From Paraspadella gotoi (lineage: Eukaryota; Animalia; Chaetognatha), in NCBI GenBank assembly GCA_051294375.1, contig JBJCIZ010001671.1, positions 1 through 16,469 on the forward strand: DNA of 16,469 nt, written 5' to 3'. The position numbers were made by a program, and so were the translations under genes. Under the pieces are notes generated by a model, which saw nothing but the letters and a program-made list of their open reading frames with translations, had not been told where the DNA came from and made no database searches. This document shows, in pieces, positions 1 to 8,172 of this stretch; the stretch's first letter is position 1, and every line of letters starts with the position of its first letter.

Positions 1-119
1 TTTTTTACATTGGAAATGTCGTCTGCCCGTGTATTTAACGTTTTTATCTCTTTTTACAAATGAAAAGTCGTTTTTTGATGTTTTAACGTTTTTAGCTTTT
101 TTTACATAGGAAAAGTCGT
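1..119. repeat. Degenerate ~49-bp minisatellite, ~2.4 copies (runs off the window start)
   Basis: TTTTTACA..GAAA.GTCGT recurs three times and TTTAACGTTTTTA twice, at ~49-bp spacing. Confidence 0.7.
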
Positions 120-479
120 ATTAAGCAATTCGTGGTAGGATTTATAAGTATAATTTTCTTACTTTTTTCCAGGTTGAGAGAGAGAGAGAAGCAAAAATAC
201 AAAAGAACTGCCCTTGAAAAATGATTTGTTCATAAGATCAAAATATTAGCATGAAAGTAATAAAAATGAACTTGTAAATTCTACTATTAATTGCTTAGTA
301 CTAAATATTTGTTATTCCTTGTCAAAACGATAAAATATATTAATAATTTTATATTTGCTGTATTATTTATTATAATGAAACTTGATATGATATACTCAAG
401 GTTTGAATAAGAGTCGTCTTACTTCTAAAACCCTTGGGACTAAAGTTAAATGAAACTAAATAGAAAAAAATAATTAATA

Positions 480-800
480 AAGTTTATACAGCTTATTAAA
501 AACTGATCTTATATTCGTATCAGATTTTAAACAGTGAACATGTTTCAACTTTTAATTCAAGTCTTCATCCACATTTATGAATTGTATACAGTTTTTTACT
601 TCACAAAAAATATTTGGGAGAGAGAGGAGAGAAAGGAAGAGAGAGTGAAAATAGGTGAGAGTAAGGGAAGAGACAGAGAGAGAAAGAGAGAGAGAAAAAT
701 TTTTCAACAAAGATTTGAGAAAAGGATAGAGGTCGAGGTGAAGACAGGTTAGGTTTAGGCCAGAGAGAGAGAGATAGATATTGAAAAAAAATTTTCACTG
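480..800 (-). mobile_element. Degenerate solo pseudo-LTR of a Penelope-like element
   Basis: The minus strand has the same ordered blocks as the pLTR at 7744-8062: TCCTTTTCTCAAATCTTTGTTG vs TCCTTTCTCAATTCTTTGTTG, a CT-rich tract, TTGTGAAGTAAAAAACTGT vs TTGTGAAAAATAAAACTGT, then a hammerhead-like motif. Boundaries are approximate. Confidence 0.75.
533..575 (-). ncRNA. Degenerate minimal hammerhead ribozyme (core mutated, probably inactive)
   Basis: Minus strand reads TGGATGA-A-GACTT-GAATTAA-AAGTT-GAAAC-AT-GTT. The core is TGGATGA rather than CTGATGA; helix II and GAAACATGT are retained. Confidence 0.6.
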
Positions 801-1870
801 TTTAAAGAAAAATCATTGCTTGAACTACTTCAAACTCTTTCTAATTCAAAAACGCGACAAAAGAAAGGATTTCACATAATGGTATAAATAATATTTTTTT
901 TATTGCTGGATTAAAGGTTTTTTTAAGGAAAAGAAAATTGTGTTTTTTTTCTTCTGTTTCGTTTGTGATTTGATTTAGAAACAAGTTTGAAGATCTTCTC
1001 TTCAAACTTTGTTCTAAGGAAAAGAAAAGAAATTATAAATCTGATTACTTTTTGATGCATGGATATTGTTTCTCTTCTCCTTCACCTGGAAAAACTTAAA
1101 AATAAGGTATTCCCTCTAAAGATTTACATAAAACTTTATGAAAAAAAGGGTCTAACTTCCGGCTATAGTTTTTGAGCAAAAAAATGGTATGCCAGTAAAA
1201 AAAATTACTGATAAAAAAATTAAATTAGTAAAAGGTATTAAAAATTAAAACCAGGAATTGTTAAAATTAGAAAAGTCTCATTAATTGAATGAAATTGAAA
1301 TGAAATTTTGAATATTTATAGTTAAAGTTTTAAAGTCCTTTGGCTATTAAAAAACGAATCTTTTTAAGATGTAATAATTGATAAATATGATTGGATTTTT
1401 TTATGATATGGATGTTAATCTTTTGTGATAAAGCTGCCATATAAGAAAAAAATCATTAGCAGTCATAATAGATCAAAAACATTTAATAATACATATTTAT
1501 TGATTATCGAGCACTATTTCCGTTTGGGACACGCCCACTATTGATGAAAAGCCTTTATTGAACATTTTTTGTCTAAGTACTACTTATTAAATAATTATAC
1601 TAATTGCAGGATAAGTAAATAACAACTGTCTAACTTTTAATTTGTAGTAAAAAGAAAATTCCATATTGTAGTCCACGCCAACTTCCGGTAAATTGTGCGC
1701 AGGTCTAATGCAAAATCTGATTGACGACACCTTGTTAATCGTTTTAAGCACTTAAAATTATACTAGAAACTGTACAGGATTGTGAAAATTCTCGACTGCA
1801 TGGTTAAAAAAAACAGTGTATTCAGGGGGCATATCGAACGTACGATTAATAGTCGTCGTCCTCTGCACTG

Positions 1871-2392
1871 CTAACCGTCGTCGTCGTGAAACAACTTGGG
1901 CGTTGTTTTGTTGTGATCCCGCCATTCCGTCCAATTCCCTTTTGGCGTTGGGATTACCGGCGGAGATTTTCCGGCGGCGGTGGAAGTTGAGGGCACGGGA
2001 TCCATTTGGGGTGGCGTGGTCGTTGTTGGCTTTTCGGAGGAGTGGTGAGTCTTGCCCAGAAGTCCTGTCACCACATTTAAGGAAAAACTCATGGGTTTTT
2101 GGATGAAATCAAAACGAGATTTATTCTGAGAATAAAATGGTGACAGTGAGACACACGCAGGAGTCCAGATCAATTCTACTGAAACTAAGGAAGCTACGTC
2201 TATTTATATCAAAGGAAGAGGATCGAAGGCAAGAGTCATTTTTACAATTCCATTGTTTTTGCAAGCTGATTTCTCGAATCCGATTCCGCCTTTTACCAAT
2301 CATGATTCCTCGATTCCGATTCTGCGGAGATCTTCCGATCTTTCGATCCGATTCTGCTTTGGGTTAGGTTGATTCTCCTGCGATGATGTACA
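1871..2392 (-). mobile_element. Putative truncated LTR retrotransposon 5' end: ~327-bp LTR-like unit (2392-2066) plus a short gag-like ORF remnant (ATG at 2005, MDPVPST...KGNWTEWRD)
   Basis: Minus strand begins TGTACATCA and ends TGGTGACA (TG...CA). It contains repeated GCAGAATCGGA, a CCAAT box, TATAAATA, an initiator TCAGT and a downstream AATAAA, in U3-R-U5 order. No second LTR, no clear PBS and no TSD are seen; the gag identity is weak. Confidence 0.4.
2178..2208 (-). promoter_or_regulatory. Pol II core promoter: TATA box plus TCAGT initiator
   Basis: TATAAATA at 2208-2201 and TCAGT at 2182-2178 place the initiator A (2180) 28 nt from the TATA start; CCAAT at 2296-2300. Confidence 0.55.
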
Positions 2393-2490
2393 TGATCGTA
2401 AAAAAAAACATTAATAAGTAATCATAATGCCAAAACCATAATTCGTATGAATAAAGAACTAAATTACTACTTGACACTACTACTCATGAT

Positions 2491-2496
2491 TTTATT
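2491..2496 (-). promoter_or_regulatory. Candidate poly(A) signal of the minus-strand lectin-like gene
   Basis: AATAAA on the minus strand ~170 nt after the stop codon at 2670-2668; the motif is common in AT-rich DNA. Confidence 0.4.
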
Positions 2497-2667
2497 TAGC
2501 AGTAAAGATTGATAACATTAACTTAATGATTAAGTATTAAAAGATTAACGTCGGGCGAAAATGTGACATTATCAGCGACGGCTGATTGGCGACGGCTGAT
2601 TGGTTCTCAATCGAAGTTATCGACGCTTATTGGTCGATATCCTCGTCCCGCCTCGTCTCAGGCGACA

Positions 2668-2973
2668 TCAGTGTTCGTGTTCGTGTTCGTGCGCTGAAGG
2701 CTTCTTGAGCTTCAAAGATTTATCATAAGGCGTGGCCGGCTCGCGGAACCGGGACCAGACGTTTTGATCACACTTGTGCTTGTAGCGCGGAATGTCCTGG
2801 GGCTTGGTCAGATCGGTCCGCTTGCATTTGGGTCGGTAGCGACAAATGAGCATGCGGGAATTCTGACAGGGTCCGCTTTCGAAAATTCCCAGCCCATCGT
2901 AGATCAGTTTGTCCTTGTCCGTGCTGTTAGGGCATTTGAAATCGGCAAACCGGACGTAGTAACATTTCTTGCT
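2668..2973 (-). CDS. Probable terminal coding exon of a C-type-lectin-like-domain protein (SKKCYYVRF...GLGIFESGPCQNSRMLICRY...HEHEHEH*)
   Basis: Polypyrimidine tract plus TTTCAG acceptor (2976-2974), phase 0, then 101 open codons with raised GC. The C-x(n)-G-x-F-E-x-x-x-C-x(5)-LIC spacing resembles the CTLD C-terminus (C...G.WND..C.....FIC). Upstream exons were not identified. Confidence 0.65.
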   Translation of the reverse strand, partial: SKKCYYVRFADFKCPNSTDKDKLIYDGLGIFESGPCQNSRMLICRYRPKCKRTDLTKPQDIPRYKHKCDQNVWSRFREPATPYDKSLKLKKPSAHEHEHEH

Positions 2974-3630
2974 CTGAAATAATGGAAGAAGGGCGTAAAG
3001 AAATAGGGGTTCTCTATATACCATGATGGAAAAAAAAGTGTCGCGGTTTGGAAAAGCCAATTAATGAAAATTTGCAAATTACTTGTTTCACTATTTTTTA
3101 TTTTTCTATTTTAATATTTTAATATTTTTATGAAGAATTTAGTATTTAATCTATGAAATTGGTACAACCAATATAAAAATTATCCATTCATTTAATAAAT
3201 AAGCTATCTTGCCTCTGACTTTGGACAGGCTTTGGTGGTTTAAGGCCTCCATCACTCTTACAAGATAATGACATAGCAGGTCCCTGCAAGCTTTCAATCT
3301 AGACTCTCTCACAGTCTCGTTTATTCACTCCCAGAGTACCTGGCTTCCCTATCAATGAAGAGGTATAATATTCAAAGAATGTTTCAATTGTATGAAAAGA
3401 CCACTCCCTTAACTATATTATTTATTCAAACATATATATTGCTTTCGTTTTTAAAAATGTTTTATTTATCTAATAATTCAATTTGGGAAGGGGAAGTCAG
3501 TGTTGTCTTCTTGAAATAGAGGGAGCATCTATACAACACAGGGTTAGATTACTATCTGTCCTAGTTTTCTAATAGATATCATTATATGATAATCCTTTCT
3601 TTTTCGTTGTAAATGATTTAGAGAAAAAAC

Positions 3631-4026
3631 AAAGTTTTTATTATTTTTCAACGAAATTTGTTTTTTATTGATAAACAAACATGTTTCGGCTTTAGCATTC
3701 AAGCCTTCTTCAGCGTTTTCAGTTTGTGAATTGGATAAATTATTGTGCAAAAGAAGAGTGTGAGAGAGAGAGAAAGTTTCCAACAAAGTGGTGAGACAGA
3801 TTAGTGGTCAGAAGTGAGGACAGGGTAAGTTGAACACAGATTGAGTGAGTTTTTGAAAAAGAAATGAAATTTGTTAGAGAGAAAGAGGGTGAGAGAAAGA
3901 TAGACTTAACAGGGATACATTGTGCAATGTACAACAGTGGTAAATGTTTAAAACTGAAAAGAGATTGGTGAGAATTTTTAACAATTGTAAAAAGAGTGAA
4001 TAAATAAATCAATATATATACTAATT
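3631..4026 (-). repeat. Inverted pseudo-LTR of PLE element 1 (probably extends to ~4100)
   Basis: Near-identical reverse complement of 5275-5693, with scattered substitutions and one ~19-nt indel bounded by TATC; contains a hammerhead followed by AATAAA. Confidence 0.9.
3673..3718 (-). ncRNA. Minimal type-I hammerhead ribozyme (PLE type)
   Basis: AAACG-CTGAAGA-A-GGCTT-GAATGCTA-AAGCC-GAAAC-AT-GTT|TGTTT on the minus strand; identical to 5606-5651. Confidence 0.85.
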
Positions 4027-4118
4027 AGCTAAAGGATAGTTTGGTGAAATATGAAATTGAAATGTGAAAGAAAGTTTAGTTTATATTTTTAATGATATAT
4101 AAGAGCCTAAGAAATTGA

Positions 4119-5273
4119 AATTTAAGGAGTAAGAAAGAGCTCAAAAATGAGCAAAACAGGCAACGCAACGAACTTTTCAAGCTCACAAATGACGAAATCC
4201 GCGACGCACAAAAGAGATGGCTCGTCAACCACTCATCATATACTCTTAATGCTGATGAAGATTCGTTGCTGCGTAAAGGTTTATCTTTTGTTCCAACATC
4301 TTTTAATGTCCCTGCTATTGACCTCATTGTCGGAGTTGAGTCAGGAGCAAGACTCCTCGATCAACAGCCCGAAGCGGCCTCCGCCAAATGTCGGTAAGGG
4401 TGAGTGCAAGGTCATTGCCTCACTCAAACGCAAACAGGCGATCATGGTTCATCCCGCGGGCATGGGAAGAGCTGCGGTAATCATGGACGCCCATGATTAC
4501 AAAGACAAGGTACTGAAAATGTTGTCAGACCGAAAGACATACTATCATCTGCCAAAGGATCCGACCCTTGCATACAGGGCTCTAATCCAGATGGTTACGA
4601 AAAGGATACGTGAATACTGTTCCCCGGCAGTGTTTCACAGAGTCAATCCTGACTCAACGCAGCCTCCTTTGTTCTTCAGTCAGCCGAAGGTACACAAGCC
4701 CGATTTGCCGTTACGCCCGATTGTTTCGGCCCGCAATTCAATTTTTAATGGGAAAACGAAAGAGTTGGGGCGCATTCTCACTCCATTAGTCGGTAACCAA
4801 CACCACCTCTGGAACTCTGTCGATCTGACGGAAAAGTTGCAGCATATCACAGTGCCCGATACTCATCTCTTGGTCTCGTGTGACTTGCAAAGCATGTTCA
4901 CTAATATTCCCCAAGAATTGGCGTTGGCATCAGCAGAGCGCCGCTTGAGGGAAAACCGGACGTTGCACAAGCATACGCCAATCCAATTGGATGATATCAT
5001 GGCACTGCTGTGGCTCGACGAGAAGGAAGTGAATGGGTCAATTCCAATGCTCGATGTGCTAATTCAGCGCAAAGAGGGCAGCTCATTGGAATTTTGAGGC
5101 TTCCGCAAACCAACCCACACCGATCAGTACATTCCTTTCGACTCTCATGCCCCCTGTCCCACAAACTCGCCACAGTCAGAGCCCTTACCAGAAGAGCTCA
5201 GCTGATTCCATCAACCCCCGAGCTTCAGGCCGCCGAGCTTGAGAACGTCAAAAGAGCCTTGGCGATCAATGGC
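4119..5273 (+). pseudogene. Penelope-like reverse transcriptase, frameshifted and internally deleted
   Basis: N-terminal WLVNHSSYTLNADEDSLLRKGLSFVPT lies in a different frame (PLE 'VNLS..LT..E..LL.KGL.F.PT'), with a frameshift near 4370. Then PAGMG (decayed PADKG), QPKVHKPDLPLRPIVS and LVSCDLQSMFTNIP (motif A). Motifs B and C (GxxMGS, YVDD) are absent at a junction near 5010-5019. It continues GSIPMLDV, a TGA at 5095, RKPTHTDQY, a further frameshift and ...LAING. Confidence 0.92.
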
Positions 5274-5274
5274 G

Positions 5275-5693
5275 AATTAGTATATATATTGATTTATTTA
5301 TTCACTCTTTTTACAATTGTTAAAAATTTTCACCAATCTCTTCTAAGTTTTAAACATTTACCACTGTTGTACATTGCACAATGTATCTTTTAATTATTTA
5401 TTTATCCCTGTTAATTCTATCTCTCTCTCTCTCTTTCTCTCTAACAAATTTCATTTCTTTTTCAAAATCTCACTCAATCTGTGTTCAACTTACCCTGTCC
5501 TCACTTCTGACCACTATTCTGTCTCACCACTTTGTTGGAAACTTTCTTTCTCTCTCTCTCTCACACTCTTCTTTTGCAAAATAATTTATCCAATTCACAA
5601 ACTGAAAACGCTGAAGAAGGCTTGAATGCTAAAGCCGAAACATGTTTGTTTATCAATAAAAAACAAATATCGTTGAAAACTAATAAAAACTTT
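5275..5693 (+). repeat. Direct-orientation pseudo-LTR of PLE element 1
   Basis: Joins directly after RT codons N-G; inverted partner of 3631-4026; CT-rich; contains a hammerhead followed by AATAAA. Confidence 0.9.
5606..5651 (+). ncRNA. Minimal type-I hammerhead ribozyme (PLE type), predicted cleavage after GUU at 5646
   Basis: Helix I AAACG/TGTTT; core CTGAAGA at 5611-5617 plus an extra A; helix II GGCTT/AAGCC; GAAA at 5637-5640; palindromic ACATGT helix III. Confidence 0.85.
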
Positions 5694-6152
5694 TTTTACC
5701 AATAGGGATAAAACTACCATGTAGAATTGTATGTTATGATAGGGATACATACTGGGGAAAGGTCTATAGGGGCACCTTTATGTCATGAATATAATTTTAA
5801 AATACTTTAATGAAAATTTTATTTTTTCTTTATCCTATTTTTTAATTATTTCTTTTTTGAATATTTTTTATCTTTTATGTTTATACAATGGGAAGGTCAT
5901 CAGTTGGGAACCTATACCCTTCATGGATTTCGGCTCTTTAATCCCAATATCCAGGTATAGGCAAGCCATCACCAAATGGTGATCCTTTTTTGTTGCTTAT
6001 CTTATATTTTAAAGGTATATTTTGAATGTTTATCTTAAACAGACCAAAACCCTGGCATCACAGCATTATTAATTTTAAAGAAATTTATTAAGGTTTTGTA
6101 ATAATTTGTAAATAGTTTAAATAAGTTAAATAATTAGTTAAAGAATAAGTTA

Positions 6153-6776
6153 TACGTGGGTGAGACAGGGAAGTCTTTATCAGATTGGTTCCAACACCAC
6201 AAGAAGCCGTATAAAGACAGTCGAGGCCACTACCTGTCGGCCATAGCAGAACATTCGGCCAATACGGGCCATCTGTTTAGAGAAACTGACTGTCTCATGC
6301 TGTCCCATGACCAAAACTGGTTCTCAAGAGGTATTAGAGAGGCAATTTACATCAAAGCCCTCGAGCCCTCTCTGAACCGTGATGGAGGACGATTCGAGCT
6401 CCCTCCAAGCTACGATTCGCTCATCAAGTTGGCGGTGGAACACCCTACACCACCCCATCCGCATGATGATTCCCCTGTCCCCACTCAACGGGTCAGGCGG
6501 AGGCCTCTCAGCAGGCAATGGACGTCCGATGCCTCTCCTGAGCCTACAGCAACTTGGTGTGACCCTTCTCACACTGAGCGTCGACCAAAACGACGGCTGC
6601 AGGAGGAAGGAGAGGAGTCTGTATCACCTGCATCTAAGCAGGCAAGAACAGGCAATCGGCCACCTCACCGGCAGGTGAGAGGAGGGCAGTTGGCAGGCTT
6701 ATCAGGCCAAAGAGATATTCGAGTGGCACTCGGCATCTTCCCAAGTGGATCACTACCCGATCCCAGGGTGTCCTGA
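6153..6776 (+). pseudogene. GIY-YIG endonuclease of a PLE, N-terminally truncated, with a Pro/Arg-rich C-terminal extension
   Basis: YVGETGKSLSDWFQHH (YIGET...R..EH motif, conserved Arg appears as Trp), SAIAEH...GH and REAIYI...PSLNRDGG; the GIY half is missing. Confidence 0.9.
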
Positions 6777-7022
6777 TCACATCGTCAACGTCCCCCATTT
6801 GCCCGGCCGGGGGGGGGGCAGCTCAATTTGTTAACTTAATTTTTCTCTAAAAATCTTTACTTACCTATCCCTCACCACTTATTCTTCAAATTTCACTTTC
6901 ACTCTATAGTTAGTTTAATCAACTATTTATTATTTATTCTTTGTTTACTATTATTCATTTAGGTTTACTGATTCATTTATCTTTGTTGTACATTTCAAAA
7001 ATGTAATGTTTCTCTCTCTCTA

Positions 7023-7740
7023 GGAGTCTACGTCGTTCTTAGAAATCGAGGAAGACTTTTTCAATGGAGATTTTTGTTAAAATCTGACTACCAAATAATG
7101 TCAACGCCCCTGGGAAAAATTCAGGTAAAAAATAGATGTAAAAACACTCGATTCCGATCTGTTGCATCTGAAGGGCTCGCATTTTTTTTCTCTTGACAAA
7201 TAACCATCATTTTGACATCGAACCATTCAATTCAAATGGGACTGGGTCCGCTCGGGAAAATATTTTTGACGCAATTTTATATATAAAATAAAGGGATTTC
7301 TCAACTTCAATACAATGTCAACGCATTTAAGGTATGTTGTCATTTTACAATAACTTCGAATTCAGGAATCTGATAGGCAATATGTTCTGAAGGCTCTCAA
7401 AATTTTTCTTTACATTTCATTTGGTTATTTGAATATGATACGATCATGTTAAAGTGAATTAGTCCATTTTGGTGAAATTTTTATTTAAAGTAAAAGTAAA
7501 AGAGGAGCTAACGATCGGAATTCTAAGAGTTTTCAACGGGAGTCAGATTCTGAAAAAATCTTATATGGCGAAAATCTTCCAAAGAAGGGGTGGATTTTCC
7601 GAAGGATTTTGGTTAATATTTTCTATATTTATGGTCGGATTTTTTTGAAACTTAAAAATAGCAATATTGCCATCATTCTACATTGGCCGGTCAAAGAATA
7701 TATTAAAAAAACCTCTGACTTTTTTTGTCAGAGCTTAGTC

Positions 7741-7741
<1 letters not shown>
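7023..7741. mobile_element. ~720-bp non-coding insertion interrupting the (CT)n tract of the element-2 pLTR
   Basis: pLTR homology stops at the CT run at 7020 and resumes at the CT run at 7744. The insert is flanked by TA on both sides, with short imperfect ends GGAGT...AGTCC. Confidence 0.55.
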
Positions 7742-7789
<48 letters not shown>

Positions 7790-7962
7790 CACCATTTCAA
7801 AATCAACTTATTTCCCCTTTCTCCTGTCCTTGCCTTCACCTGTCCTGAAATCTGACCACTGTCCTTTCTCAATTCTTTGTTGGAATCTCTCTCTCTCTCT
7901 CACTTTCTCTCTCTCTCACTCTCTCTATCCCCAACTTTATGATTGTGAAAAATAAAACTGTC

Positions 7963-8008
7963 AAATGCTGATGAAGACTCGAAAACAAGAGTCGAAACAT
8001 GTCCAATA
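7963..8008 (+). ncRNA. Minimal type-I hammerhead ribozyme (PLE type), predicted cleavage after GUC at 8003
   Basis: CTGATGA at 7968-7974 plus A; helix II GACTC/GAGTC; GAAAC-AT-GTC; helix I is weak (AATG/CAAT with an A.A mismatch). Confidence 0.8.
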
Positions 8009-8172
8009 CTTTGTAATAAAAATCGTTGTAAAAATACTAAAACTTTCGTTTTCGAATCTGCTAAGAATAAGTTAAATAATTAATGGTATGTTAATGTAAA
8101 GTTAACATTAAGTTAATTAGTAAAAGTTAAAAAATAAGTTAAATCAAAGAGTTAAGTAAGTTATTTAAATAA

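Larger units (their letters stand above)
6153..8062 (+). mobile_element. 5'-truncated Penelope-like element 2 (endonuclease part plus pLTR) with 12-bp TSD
   Basis: AAGAATAAGTTA lies immediately before (6141-6152) and immediately after (8063-8074). The pLTR (~6830-7020 plus 7744-8062) shares TGTTGTACATT, CCTGTCCT..TCTGACCACT and CTTTGTTGGAA with the pLTR of element 1 but is diverged. Confidence 0.85.

Noticed and set aside
796-1818. CACTGTTT...AAACAGTG as transposon TIRs
   Set aside because: Only 8 bp, no TSD, and a third copy occurs at ~530; expected by chance
2575-2602. (GCGACGGCTGATTG)x2 with CCAAT boxes as a promoter
   Set aside because: Lies in the predicted 3' UTR; a simple 14-bp tandem duplication explains it
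3230-3340. Minus-strand L*ESLD*KLAGPAMSLSCKSDGGLK resembling an L1/Tx1 RT C-terminal GGL motif
   Set aside because: Too short and stop-ridden to support without a profile search
4147-5097. 316-aa ORF as a functional RT gene starting at ATG 4147
   Set aside because: Its first ~75 codons are out of frame with the real PLE N-terminus and the YxDD region is deleted
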